From Mobula hypostoma (lineage: Eukaryota), in assembly GCF_963921235.1 (NCBI RefSeq), contig NC_086108.1, positions 88,414,001 to 88,478,000 on the forward strand: a stretch of 64,000 bases of DNA, in the 5' to 3' direction. The stretch's first letter is position 1, and every line of letters begins with the position of its first letter. Both the position numbers and the translations under genes were made by a program. The notes beneath the pieces were generated by a model. That model was not told where the DNA came from. It saw nothing but the letters and a program-made list of their open reading frames with translations, and ran no database searches. Of the stretch, positions 11,001 to 26,000 are shown in pieces.

Positions 11001-14000
11001 TCGATGTAGCGAAGGAAAAGTGGGGGACGGATACCAGTATAGGCTTGGAACATTGACTGTTCCACAAGGCCAACAAAAGGGCAGGTATAGGTGGGACCCA
11101 TACGGGTGCCCATGGCTACACCTTTAGTTTGGAGGAAGTGAGAGGAGCCAAAGCAGAAATTATTAAGAGTAAGATTAACCTACGCTCTGTCCACCACGGA
11201 AAGCAGGATCTTCCAGTGGCCATACTTTTTAATTCCACGTCCCATTCCCATTCTGATATGTCTATCCATGTCCTCCTCTACTGTCAAGATGAAGCCACAC
11301 TCAGGTTGGAGGAACAACACCTTATATTCCGTCTGGGTAGCCTCCAACCTGATGGCATGAACATTGACTTCTCTAACTTCCGTTAATGCCCTTTCTCCCA
11401 TTCTTACCCCCATCCCTTATTTATGTATTTATATATTTATTTGTTTGTTTGTTTGTTTATTTATTTATTTATCCATCCATCCATCCTTTTTTTCTCTCTC
11501 TGTCCCTCTCATAATTGCTCCTTGCCTGCTCTCCATCTTCCTCTGGCACTCCCCTCCCCCTTTCTTTCTCCCTAGGCCTCCCATCCCATGATCCTCTCCC
11601 TTCTCCAGCCTTGTATCCCTTTTGCCAATCAACTTTCCAGCTCTTAGTTCTAACCCTCCCCCTCCTGTCTTCTCCTATCATTTCCGATCTCCTCCTCCCC
11701 CTCCCACTTTCAAATCTCTTACTATCTCTTCTTTCAGTTAGCTCTGACGAAGGGTCTTGGCCCGAAACGTCGACTGTGCTTCTTCCTATGGATGCTGTCT
11801 GGCCTACTGCGTTCCACTAGCATTTTGTGTGTATTGTTTGAATTTCCAGCATCTGCAGATTTCCTCATGCTGCTCACTGGATGTTTTTTTGGGGTTTTTT
11901 TGCACCATTCTCTATAAACTTTAGACACTGGAGTTGTGAAAATCCCAGGAGATCAGCAGTCTCTGAGATACTCAAACCACCCCATCTGGCACCAACAATC
12001 ATTATCACTAACAATGCTCTTATGCATTGAATTGCTGCCACATGAATGGCTGATGAAATATTTGCATTAACAAGCAGATGTACCTAATAAAGTAGCTACT
12101 GAGTGTATGTCTGCCATTTACTGATTGATTAATTAGCAGTCTGTTTGGCTTTAAAGACATTATGATTAAAAAATGCACTAGGCAATTTACCTAACTCCTC
12201 AATTTCTTTGGAGTGGTTATCCAGAATCATCACTGTATCCTCCTTATGTTTTACCTCGACCTTATCTTTCTCAGTCTTCAGAACCTGTAGCAAATCACAA
12301 TATTTCATTATTTTGAGGTATTGATTTAATAATCACCAGTTAACATATCTCAGGTCTCAAGTGGTATATATCTTCTCTAATGATTTTGTTGAAGAGTCAG
12401 TGGAATCGAATTGTGACCTTGATCATTTGCACTGAATGTGTAATGGCGAGTCGGCTACGCATCATGAGCAACACCCACAAACTGCTGGAGAAAATCAGAA
12501 AATCAGGCAGCATTTATGGAAGGAAATAAACAGTCAATGCAGTCAAACCCGCTCATCAGAACTGGAAAGAAGGGGGGCAGAAGCCAAAATAAGAAGGGGA
12601 AGGAGTTGAGTGGGAAGGGAAGAGCTGAGAAGTGATTGAGGGCTCAAGGAAAAGTAATCTATTAGGAGAGGACAGTAGACCATAGAATAAAGGAAAAAGG
12701 TGGGGACCCAGATAGAAATAACGGGCAAGTCATGAGAACTATGGAGGAAAAGAGAAGGGGTGAGAGCGCAGTGGAATGTGGGGAGAAACAGTAAAAGTGA
12801 TGGGGGTGGGGACAGTGGGCAGTGGTTACAGGAAGTTGGAGAAATCAATGTTCATGTCACCAAGTTGGAGACTACCAAGATGGAATATGAGATATTGCTC
12901 CTCCAACTTGGGTTTGGCCTCACTGTGGCAGTTCAAGAAACAGATATGTCAGTGTGGGAATGTGAAGAGAGAATTGAAATGGGTGGCCACTGGGAGATCG
13001 TGAGTATGCATTGTGTCCTGCTTCTTACATTACGCTTAATCAAACAAGGTGGAATATCTACCATAATCATTCCATATTCGTACATATTATTCAACCAAAC
13101 AGGTGTCCTGTGTCAAAGTTAAAGGAATTTAAGCAACAAATATTCTTCAAGCATTTTTTCTGGCCTCGATTTTAGCTCCCTGTTTCGTTACCTACCTGAT
13201 TTTTTGTTTTCAGAACTTCCATTTCCTGAATAAATTTCTCAGTTAATTCTTTGATTTTATCATTATAATTCATGTCCTTCAGTCTGAGTTGATATTCATT
13301 CTCCATCTTCAGTTCCTCAACACGGCTTTTCAACTCCACTGTTAATTGATTCTGTTAAAAAAGATTAAATATTTTTCTGCTGTCAGATTAACCTTGATCA
13401 CAAATTGTACCAGTGACACCAACGCCAAACAGAAATATGAACTTCCAGCATCTTTTCTCTTCCTGTGCCTTGTCTCCAGCAAGCAAGGGGCCTGGGATTA
13501 AACCTGGAGTATATTTGTCAGTAATACAAATGCACACACTAAATTATCAGTTCTATTGATGGGTTTTCAACCATGCATTAGTGCAAGTGTGTAACTCATT
13601 TAAAATTGAAAGTTGGAATGTTTGGGGTGAGGTAAAGGCCAATAAGAAATTTAAATATAAATAGAAGAATTTTAATATTTATGTGTTGGGGAATGTGGAG
13701 ACTGTAGTTTAGCAAGGATAGACAATGAATAAATAGAGGTTAATGCAGGATTAGATATAGAAAGCAAAAGTTTTAGACAAAATTATGTTAATTAGGATCA
13801 TACAATGGAAAACCATGTTTTTTTTTTCATGCCATTACAGGTAATTCCATTGTATATGAAGAATGAATGAGAATAAAAGTTAATGCAGTTAACTCACATG
13901 ATACTCAATGATCAGCATAGAAACATAGAAAAACTACAGCACAATACAGGCCCTTCAGCCCACAATGCAGTGCTGAACATGTAGTTGCTTTAGAAATTAC

Positions 14001-17000
14001 CTAGGGTTACCCATAGCCCTCTATTTTTCTAAGATCCATTTACCTATCCAGGAGTCTCTTAAAAGACCCTATCATATCTGCCTCCATCACCATGGCCGGC
14101 AGCCCATCCACGCACTCACTACTCTATGTGTAAAAAATTTAACCCCTGACATCTCCTCTGCACCTACTTCCAAGCACCTTAAAACTGTGCCCTCTTGTGT
14201 TAGCCATTTCAGCCCTGGGAAAAAGCTTCTGACTATCCACATGATCAATGCCTTTCATCATCTTATACACCCCTATCAGGTCACCTCTCATCCTCCGTCG
14301 CTCCAAGGAGAAAAGGCCAAGCTCACTCAACCTATTCTCGTAAGGCATGCTCCCCAATCCAGGCAACATCCTTGTAAATCTCCTCTGCACCCTTTCTATA
14401 GTTTCCACATCCTTCCTGTAGTGAGGTGACCAGAACTGAGCACAGTACTCCAAGTGGGGTCTGAGCAGGGTCCTACATAGCTGTAACATTACCTCTCAGC
14501 TCTTAAACTCAATCCCACGGTTGATGAAGGCCAATGCACCGTATGCCTTCTTAACCACAGAGTCAACCTGTGCAGCAGCTTTGAGTGTCCTATGGACTCG
14601 GACCCCAAGATCCCTCTGATCCTCCACACAGTCAAGAGTCTTATCATTAATACTATATTCTGCCATCATATTTGACCTACCAAAATGAACCACCTCACAC
14701 TTATGTGGCTTGAACTCCATCTGCCACTTCTCAGCCCAGTTTTGCATCCTATTGATGTCCTGCTGTAAACTCTGACAGCCCTCCACACTATTCACAACAC
14801 CCCCAACCTATGTGTCATCAGCAAATTTACTAACTTGAATGAATAAATTCAGTCAATGAATAAATAGCAGAATGAACAAAATAGAATAGCCAGGTTGCAC
14901 ATAAAATAGCACAAAGAAGGTAAGACAAGATGGGAAGATATATTTACTAGTAGATAGAAAGCCATTGTTTTAAAATGTTTACGTTTCCTCAGTCATTGAC
15001 TATCATTTCCTTTTTTTTAATCCTTGTTACATTAGTCTTTATAGATTTTTATCTCTCTTCTCTTCCATTTTTACTCTTTCTCATCAGTCTTCTTTGATAC
15101 ACTGTCCCTTTTCTTTACATTGAGGGCATTACCTCTCTGTTGCTCTCACCTGGATTTTCTGTTTGGTGCAGAGAGGTTAATAAGCCTAGAGAGTAAATTA
15201 GCTACTTTTAGCTAAAGTGCAATCTTTAAGTTGTTGCTTTAACTGACTATTAAGCAAAGCTGTCATGCTCTCAAAAGCCATATTCTGGAGCACGGATGTT
15301 TTATCATAATTTTTGTGTCACATGGGGATGTGGATGAATTAGATATCCTCCACTAGTACAGGCAATATGTTTAGGCTTAAAATTATTATTGAAGGTAGTG
15401 TTCATGAGGAGCCAGTGAGAATGAGTTTGAGGTATTATAACGGAAAAAATAAACTATAAGGACAATTATGTTTATTATTATATTGTAAATGTTATTTAAA
15501 GTGGTTTATGATACAGAGGACAAAACATTTTGCTGAATGTCTTAAAGACTTTTGGTACAATGTAATTAACAATTTGAATTAAAAATCAAAAATAATACAA
15601 CAATTAACCCTGCAATCTGGTTGTAAATTTCAAACAAAAATATATAATTAACAATCTTCAGGATAATAAACTTGGTATTGAAGGTGTCAATATGTCAAGA
15701 ACTTTGAGAAGAGTATCCCAATGCCTGAAAGTACTGTACATTCAATTGGCTGCACCTACAGGACATAAAAATGATTGCATTGAGCAGCTGCTTCTGTATT
15801 TTTTTTTACAAAGTGCATGCCTTTGCAAAATTTGCTCAAAGAATTTCATGACATATGGTCCAAAATCTAGAAGAGAAAAGGGCTAGGTTTGGGTCCAGGT
15901 CAGCGGGGACATTGCATGGGGCTGAGGAGCTGGTGGTCACTGGCAGATATCTGAGACGTCAGTCGGGGATAATAAAAAATCTTGAAGGTTATGTTAGGGT
16001 TTTAGAAATAGTCAAGTTTGGCAATTTGTTGGAGGGTTGGTGTCATAATAACATTGGCATGAATTTATGACTATTTGGATAAACATTACCTTTTTCCTGT
16101 TAATCTTTTAAAATTATGTGGCAAACCATGGGAATAAAATCTAAAAGTTACATTCATTTTACATAATTCTTTATAGCTTTTGCATTTATAGTCCTCATCA
16201 ATATTTATAGCCAATACATCACCTTCTCTAGCAAATCTGACTTCGTGATCAGGATTTCTTCTGAATGACCAAGTCCCTTATCTTGTTTCAGCACCCTTCC
16301 CTCTTTATCAGTAATCTTCCAGATCATAAGACATGAATCTTCTGAAACCGTCAGCAAGTACTGGTCGTCATAAGTAATGGCCATCTGTGGGGAGAAGAAG
16401 GACTGGCTATAACAAGATAGAAGATGTCTTCTGAGGATTTTGAAAAGAAGACTTTGTTGAGAAAAAAATGTTAATATTTAGGAAAAAAATTGGAGAAACT
16501 GTGGGTCTCATTATATTTCAACTGATGTGTGTTCATGTGAGGGTAGCTATTTTGAAATTAGGTTCCTGGTTGATGACAAGGCAATTAATATTGACACAAG
16601 AAGATGCAGATTCTGGATCGCGGTGTGTTGCTGGCAATGGAAGAAGTGAAAAAAATGAATAGGCAAGTGAAAAATGATGGAGCGATTTTAATGCAATAGG
16701 TGACATATAACAGAATTAAAATCAGGATATGTATACTGTAATAATTACATGTGTGCAAAACAAAAGCATTTTGATAAAGTTGTTTTAAAGGTTTTTCTGT
16801 ACATCAGCTGAAAATGTTATTAAAAGGCCAATCAAGTCCAAGAACAACTGATTGTAAGTTGAGCCAGGTCATTTTAATCACCTGCAAAATCATTGTTAAT
16901 GCTATATTTACATTATTGTGTAATTTTGCAAAAACTATTCTTATAAGACACTTGCTTCATGAAGGAATTTTCAGGACAAAACATGAAGTTTAACATTCAT

Positions 17001-20000
17001 CAGAAAAAAATACACTTGCTCTCTTCTACATAGCCACAGTGGAATTGCAAAATATAGCAGAATCTGCTTTTGCTCATATTGGAATAAGATTATTTGATAA
17101 TAGGTAGGAAATTATAATCTAGTCTTTACATAAGCAACAGTACTTATGTATTAGTCTGGAGGAACATTGTTTCTTTTGGCAGTATACATGTATATGGTTG
17201 AAATTACAATAAACTTGAACTTGAGATACATTAAAAATAAGAGTAAGACTAAGAATGTAATATAATATCCAGATTGCTGGTTGCATTATAGCTTATACAT
17301 AAAATCACTACTACACCTTAGTAATTGGCCCACGGTGTGCCTCATATTCATTCCATTCCTGCTTTATAGACAGTGGGACTTTCATACTTCGTACTGTTCC
17401 ATTGGCAGTGCCAACAAACAACATCCGCCCAGAACGTGATAAAACAATGGAGGTATATGCAACATCATATGATGGATATTCACGAATAATCTGGATGGGT
17501 GGAAGCAAAAAAAAGATAATGATTATGGGAGATCCAAAAATAGAAACAATGCTAATCTGTTAAGGACAAAGTATCAACCAGAAAATAAAACTCTTAATTT
17601 TGGTTGTTTAATAAGTTGAGAATTGCTAATATTGGTGTTGAAGTATACCATTTAGGAATATTCGACAATTCAACAAAACTTCACATAGAAGAGTAAACTA
17701 TATGATCTTGCTGATATATGAAATTAATATACTGCTTCTAACATTCTTTCTTTGAACCTCATGTACTTCCTTTCCTAGAATCAAAATTTAAATTATGTTT
17801 CTTGCATTGGTGATGCTCAAATTATAATGCAGATGCATGAATCATTATTACCCCATTCATACTTATGCATCAAAAATAGTGCAAAGAGAATGTAGTGCTT
17901 TATGCACTAATGTAGAAATATTAAACAATATTCCGGGGAATTTGGGCCAAATTTTCTACCTTTCACTTATTTATGAACAGAACAGTTTTTCAATGCCAAT
18001 TAGCCACATGATATAACAGCAATTCCATTTCACTTCATTCTACACACCTGGGAGTCAGTAATTTCTTTCAAAGTTCGATCAGATCCTACTGCAAATATGC
18101 ATTTCCCATCAGGTGAGATACTAATACCAGTATAACTGCAGGTCTTCAGTACACATTCAGATTCTCGCTTTCCAGAGAGTGTATTCCATTCATATACTGC
18201 ACCATCCATACCGCAGGAAACCAATTTACTGTCATCTGAATTCCAGGCAATAGCACGAATCTGCAGGATGATGAAAATGAACAGTATCAGTATGTAATCT
18301 CTCAACTGCTTACATTGTTCCATGTGTTTTACTATAATCAGATACAATGCTATAGGATTTACTATTTATATTGGACAGATGCAGACTTAAGGAGCAACAC
18401 TGGAGCCACAGCTTTCTAAGTATAAATGAATAGGAATAGCAGTCTTCATGCACAGGCCAGTGCCTATAAAAAGTATTCAACTCCTTGGAAATTTTCATGT
18501 TTTATTGTTTCACATAATTGAATCACAATTGATTTAATTTGGCTTTTTTCGACACTAATCAACAGAAAAGACTCTCATGTCAAAGTGAAAACAAATTTCT
18601 ACAGATTGGTCTAAATTTATTACAATTATTAAACACAAAATAATTGATTGCATAATTACTCACCCCCTTTAAGTCAGTATTTAGTAGATGCACCTTTGGC
18701 AGCAATTACAGCCTTGAGTCTGTGTTGATTGTTTTCTATTAACTTTGTACATCTGGACACTACAATTTTTCCCCACTCTTCTTTACTGCTCAAGCTCTGT
18801 CAGATTGCATGGAGATCATGAGTGAACAGCCCTGTTCAAGTCCAGTCACAAATTCTCAATTAGGTTGAGGTCTGGACTCTGACTTGGCTAACTCAGGACA
18901 TTAACTTTATTGCTTTTAAGCCATTCCTGTGTAGCTTTGGCTTAAAAACAAATAAGCTGGTTGTGAACTACAGGAGGAATGGAGACAGACTAACCGCTAG
19001 ACATCAATGGATCTGGGGTCAAGAGGGTGAACAGCTTTAAGTTCCTCGGAATAAACATCACGGAGGATCTCACGTGGTCTGTACATACCAGCAGTGTGGT
19101 GAAAAAGGCACAACAGTGCCTCTTTCACCTCAGATGGTTGAGAAAGTTTGGTATGGGTCCCCAAATTCTAATAACTTTCTACAGGGGCACAATTGAGAGC
19201 ATCCTGACTGGCTGTATCACTGCCTGGTATGGAAACTGTACCTCCCTCAACTGCAGGACTCTGCAGAGAGTGGTGCGGACAGCCCAGGGCATCTGTAGAT
19301 GTGGATTTCCCACTGTTCAGGACATTTACAAAGTCAGGTGTGTAAAAAGGGCTTGAAGGATCATTGGAGACCCAAGTCACCCCAACCACAAACTGTTCCA
19401 GCTGCTACTATCCAGGAAATGGTACTGCAGCATAAAAGCCAGGAACAACAGGCTCCGGGACAGCTTCTTCCGCCAGGCCATCAGTCTGCTTAATTCATGC
19501 TGACACAACTGTATTTCTATGTTATATTGACTATCCTGTTGTACATAATAGTTATTATAAATTACTATAATTGCACATTTTACATTTAGATGGAGATGTA
19601 ACAAATATTTTTACTTCTCATGTATATGAAGGATGTAAGTTATAAAGTCAATTCAATTCAATTATGCTTGGGGTCATTGTTATGCTGGAAAACAAATCTT
19701 CTCCCAAGTCATAGTTCTTTTGCAGAGTGCATCATGCTTCCCCCATGATTTCCCTGCATCATGCTGCATTCATTTTCTCCTCTATTTTCATAAGCTTTCC
19801 AGGGCCTGCTGCAGTGAAGCATCCCCACAGCATGATGCAGCTGCCACCATGCTTCATAGTAGAGATGGTGTGTTTCTGATGATGTGCAGTGTTTGGCTTA
19901 CGTCAAACATAGCGTTTAGTCAAATGGCCAAAAAGCTGAATTTTGTTTTCATCAGATCATAGAACCTTCTTTCAGCTGAATTCAGAGTTTCCCACATGCC

Positions 20001-23000
20001 TTCTGGCAAACGTTAAGCAAGATTTCATGTGAGTCTTTTTCAACAGTGGCTTTCTCTGTGCCACACTCCCATAAAGTTGCAACTGGTGAAGTACCTGGGC
20101 AACAGTTGTTGTATGCACAGACTCTACCATCTCAGCCACTGAAGTTTGTAACTCTTCCAGAGCTGTCACAGGTCTCTTGGTGGCCTCTCTCACTTAGTCC
20201 CCTTCTTGCATGGTCGCTCAGTTTTTTTAGGATGGGCTGCTCTAGTCTGATTTACAACTCTGCCATATTCTTTCCATTTCTTGATGATTGACTTATCTGT
20301 ACTCCAAGGGATATTCAGTGTCTTGGACATTTTCTTGTACCCATCTCTTGACTTGTGCTTTTCAAAAACCTTTACGCACGGTTGCTTGGAGTGTTCTTTT
20401 GTCTTCATGGTATTTTTGCAGGATACTGACTCACCAACAGTTGGACCTTCCAGATATAGGTGGATTTTTACTATAATCAGTTGAAACACCTTGTCTGCAT
20501 ACATCTCCAAAAACAGATATTCATTTAGCTAATTGTGTGACTTCTAAAACCAATTGACTGTACCAGTGATGACTGCGTGTCATACTAAAGGGAGTGAATA
20601 CAGATGCAATCAATTATTTTGTATTTTATATTTGTAATTAATTTAGATCACTTTGTAGAGATTTGTTTTCACTTTTGACACAAAAGAGTCCTTTTCTGTT
20701 GATCAGTGTCAAAAAAGCCAAATTAAATCAACTGTGATTCAATGTTGTAAAACAATAAAACATGAAAACTTCCAAGGGGAGTGAATACTTTTTATATGCA
20801 CTGTACCTCATGTGGTGAACCTAATTCAATCATTATGACTTTCAATCTTCACTAAAATGATAGAAGTTCCATCTCTGAGATTGGTGTAAGCCCCTACTGA
20901 TACAGCAATTTGGATGTACATAACACAATGAATGTGACAGACTGAATCAATCTGGTCCACATGAACATAATAAGAAAAAAAATTGAAACCGAGTCATCTA
21001 GGGTAAATGACAAAAATGAGGATCAGAGAGAGGATTTTAAGGAGCATAGGACTCAAGATATCTAAGTGCTATTGTGCTGGACAAAAGTACAGAGATGAAT
21101 CTGAAACCAAGCATGAGAATTTCTAAACTGAGTTGTTCCTGGAGTGCTGCGAGCACAGGTTTAGGCTACACAGTGTTTTGGATTACCTTAAGTCTATAGA
21201 TGGTAGGACACAGGAGTCCTGCCAGAATTGCACTGGCAAGTCTAATTCTGTTAGAATAAAAGGCCCGGATGAGTATATCAATTGCACATGAAATGTGGCA
21301 AACATAGAATTGGACCGTATTTTCATTTGAGGTGGAATACACATATGGTTTGAAGTTTCTATCAAAATCAATTGTGCCACCAATGTGAATCCTATAAAAC
21401 CCTACAAAAGGTAGTGGATTTGGGCCAGTACATCATGGGTAAAACCCTCCCAACCATTGAGTACATCTACATGAAACGTTACTGTAGAAAAGCAGTATCC
21501 GTAATCAAAGATCCTCACCACCCAAGCCATGCCCTTTTTACGCTGCCATCAGGTAGAAGGTATAAGTGCCTGAGGTTTCACAACACTAGGTTCAAGGAGA
21601 GTTACTATCCCTCAGCCATTAGGCTCTTGAACAAAAAGGGGATAGCTACACCCATTTAAGGACTCTTTTATGTTGTTATTTCATGCTCATTATTTATTGC
21701 TATTTATTTATATCTGCATTTGCAGCTTGTTTATAATCTACAGTTACTGTTCTATAGATTTGCTAAGTATGCTCATAGAAAAAGAATCTCAGGGTTGTAT
21801 GTGGTGACATAAGACCATTAGACCATAAGACAAAGGAGCAGAAGTCGGCCATTCGGCCCATCAAGTCTGCTCCGCCATTTTATCATGAGCTGATCCATTC
21901 TCACATTTAGTCCCACTCCCCCGCCTTCTCACCATAACCTTTGATGCCCTGGCTACTCAGATACCTATCAATCTCTGCCTTAAATACACCCAATGACTTG
22001 GCCTCCACTGCTGCCCGTGGCAACAAATTCCATAGATTCACCACCCTCTGACTAAAAAAATGTCTTCGCATTTCTGTTCTGAATGGGCGCCCTTCAATCC
22101 TTAAATCATGCCCTCTCATACTAGACTCCCCCATCATGGGAAACAACTTTGCCACATCCACTCTGTCCATGTCTTTCAACATTCAAAATGTTTCTATCAG
22201 GTCTCCCCTCATTCTTCTAAACTCCAAGGAATACAGTCCAAGAGCGGACAAACGTTCCTCATATGTTAACCTTCTCATTCCCGGAATCATTCTAGTGAAT
22301 CTTCTCTGTACCTCTCCAACGTTAGCACATCCTTTCTTAAATAAGGAGACCAAAACTGCCCAAAGTACTCCAAGTGAGGTCTCACCAGCACCTTATAGAG
22401 CCTCAACATCACATCCCTGCTCCTATACTCTATTCCTCTAGACATGTATGCACTCTGATAACAAATTTTATTTTGAACTTTGAATACTCAATCTCAAAGT
22501 TGCCAGAGAAAAGGATGGCATCAGTGATAAAAGGATAGAGTTTATGCTGGGAATCAAAGCCATCAGCTGCTATTACTGTAATATTTCATTGCAACAAATT
22601 TCTGCTTTTCCAGTACTGAATATTGACAAGTATCTAGTATGTTACCAAAGTCACTCGCTAATATCTACAGATGTACCTTGGAGAGCATTCTAACAGGCTG
22701 CATCATTGTCTAGTATGGGGGGAGGAAGAAATGTACAGGATTAAAATAACCTGCAGAGAGTTGTAAACTTTGTCGGCTCCATCATGGGCACTAGCCTTTG
22801 TAGCATCCACGACATCTTCAAAAAGCGATGCCTCAAAAAGACAGTATCCATCATGAAGGACCCCCATCACATAGGTCATGCCTTGTTCTCATCGTTACCA
22901 TCAGGAAAAAGGTACAGAAGCCTGAATGCACACTCTCAAAGCTTTTTCTTCTTCTTCTTCTTCCCCTTTTCCATCTGATTTCTGAATGGACATTGAATCC

Positions 23001-26000
23001 ATGATCACTACCTCACTACTTTTTTATATTATTGAGGAGCTTCATGTAGATTAGAAGTGGGCCACAGGCAAGGATTAATTCCTGGAATACAGAGATAGCA
23101 GTAGTATTAGAGAAAGAAGAGTCTACAAGTAATTCTCTATGACTGGACTGATAACTAGGATCAAGCTGGAGTGGTTCCACCTTGGTGGATACTGTTGGAG
23201 AAAGACACTGCCACCAACTGTATCAAGAAGTTGGTCAAGAAGTATGACCAAGAAGTCTTCCTTTTCTTCTTTGAGATATACCTTTTCTGAACTGATGATT
23301 GATTGCAACCAGTAATTTTCCTTATAAAGACATATTTTAGAGTAGACTAAACTTTTGCGATCTCCTAGGGTATTCACTGAGGATGAGAGCGGAGTGTGCA
23401 GCTGCGGCTAGGGCGGCCTTTGCTGGGGTTGGCTGCATCAATTCCTGATGATGGAACATGAACCCGTGATTGGCTCCATTACTCCGCCTGGATTAAAGCA
23501 TTGAACAAGATTAAAATCGTAGGAAGCAAGAGCAGAAAACAAATGCCATCGGCCTGCGTTTGACCAGTCTCCCTCTCTTCCTGCTGCTACCGGAGCGGGA
23601 GATGCAGGAATCTTGAGTTCCACACCGCCAGGTTCAGGTGCAGTTGTTGGGCTGTAGCGATCAGGCTTTTTTTTAGATTATGAGAACACTTGGTCCTCTT
23701 TTATTGTCATTTAGAAATGCATACATGCATTAAGAAATGATACAATGTTTCTCCAGAGTGATATCACAGAAAACAGGACAAACCAAAGACTAACACTGAC
23801 AGAACCACATAATTATAACATATAGTTACAACAGTGCAAAGCAATACCATAATTGGATGAAGAACAGACCATGGGCACAGTAAAAAAAGCCTCAAAGTCC
23901 CGAGTCGATCGACTCCCGAGTCCCCGACAGCAGGTGGCAAAAGGGAGAAACTCCCTGCCATAAACTTCCAGGCACCATCAACTTGCCGATACCTTGGAAG
24001 CAGCCGACCTCAGTCGACCCTGAGTCCATCCGTCCGAAAACTCTGAGCTTCCAGCCAAGCCAACCAGTAACCCCCAATTTAATCCTAGACTAATCATTGG
24101 GCTTGCATTCACTCTATCTATACCCATCATAATTTTATATACCTCTATCAAATCTCCCCTCATTCTTCTACGCTCCAGGGAATAAAGTCCTAACCTATTC
24201 AACCTTTCTCTGTAACTGAGTTTCTCAAGTCCTGGCAACATCCTTGTAAACCTTCTCTGCACTCTTTCAACCTTATTTATATCCTTCCTGTAATTTGGTG
24301 ACCAAAACTGAACACAATACTCCAGCAACATACATCAAAGTTGCTGGTGAACGCAGCAGGCCAAGCAGCATCTATAGGAAGAGGCGCAGTCGACGTTTCA
24401 GGTCTTCGTCAGGTCTCGGCCTGAAACATCGACTGTGCCTCTTCCTATAGATGCTGCTTGGCCTGCTGCGTTCACCAGCAACTTTGATGTATGTTGCTTG
24501 AATTTCCAGCATCTGCAGAATTCCTGTTGTTTGCGTTTAAACAATACTCCAGATTCGGCCTCACCAATGCCTTATACAACCTCATCATAACATTCCAGCT
24601 CTTATACTCAATACTTTGATTAATAAAGGCCAATGTACCAAAAGCTCTCTTTACGACCCTATCTACTTGTGACGCCACTTTTAGGGAATTTTGTATCTGT
24701 ATTCCCAGATCCCTCTGTTCTACTGCACTCCTCAGTGCCTTACCATTAACCCTATATGTTCTACCTAGGTTTGTCCTTCCAACGTGCAATACCTCACACT
24801 TGTCTGTATTAAACTCCATCTGCCATTTTTCAGCCCATTTTTCCAGCTGGTCCAAGTCCCTCTGCAGGCTCTGAAAATCTTCCTCACTGTCTACTACACC
24901 TCCAATCTTTGTATCATCAGCAAATTTGCTGATCCAATTTACCACATTAACATCCAGATCATTGATATAGATGACAAATAACAATGGACCCAGCACTGAT
25001 CCTTGTGGCACACCACTAGTCACTGGCCTCCACTCAGAGAAGCAATTTTCTACCACCACTCTTTGGCTTCTTCCATTGAGCCAATGTCTAATCCAATTTA
25101 CCATCTCTCCATGTATACCTAGCGACTGAATTTTCCTAACTAACCTCCCATGTGGGATCTTGTCAAAGGCCTTACTGAAATCCATGTAGACAATATCCAC
25201 TGCCTTCCCTTCATCCACTTTCCAACTTGACAGCAGAGGTTTAAGGTGAGAGGAGACAAAATTAAAGGGGACCTCAGGGACAACTTTTTCACACAGAGGG
25301 TGGTGGATATGTTGTATGAGCTGCCAGAGAAAGTGGTAGAAATAGGTACAATTATGACATTTAAAATACATTTGTATAGCTACATATGTAGGAAAGGTTT
25401 AGAGGGATATGGGTCGAACACAGGTACAAGTTGGGCTGAAAGGCCTGTTTCCATACTGTATAACACTCTGACTCTTTGATGTACAAACCAGAACTGTCAA
25501 GTTAATATTGCCTGAAAAAATAGTAGTTATGAAGAGAAGTTAAAAAAGGAAATATATTTAAATATAAAGGTGCAGCCACATTTATGGAGAAGTTAAAACA
25601 AAGTGATTGCCTGAAATTGTCAAATTCTACATTAACTGCAGATGGAAGATGAGAGACTGTTCCTCAGATGTACAGATACATAGAAAAACATAGAGAATAG
25701 GTGCAGGAGTAGGCCATTCGGCTCTTCGATCCTGCACCGCCATTCAGTACGATCATGGCTGATCATCCAACTCAGAACCCTGTACCTGCCTTCTCTCCAT
25801 ACCTCCGATCCCTTTAGCCACAAGGGCCATATCTAACTCCCTCTTAAATATAGCCAATGAATTGGGCCCAACTGTTTCCTGTGGCAGAGGATTCCACAGA
25901 TTCACCACTCTCTGTGTAAAGAAGCTTTTCCTCATCCCAGTCCTAAAAAGCCTTCCCCTTTATCCTCAAACTGTGACCCCTCGTTCTGGACTTCTCCAAC

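Larger units (their letters stand above)
9255..12105. mobile_element. Tc1-derived non-autonomous DNA transposon (TA TSD) interrupted by a Penelope insertion
   Basis: TIR CATTCAGTAACCACTTTATTAGGTA matches TACCTAATAAAGTAGCTACTGAGTG; TA on both flanks; extra internal TIR ending at 9311. Confidence 0.75.

Noticed and set aside
24100..25475. Twin-priming 5' inversion of one CR1 (minus RT fragment joined to a plus-strand 3' end at 25225)
   Set aside because: The plus-strand piece looks older and from a different subfamily, and I found no shared TSD; adjacent independent insertions are simpler.
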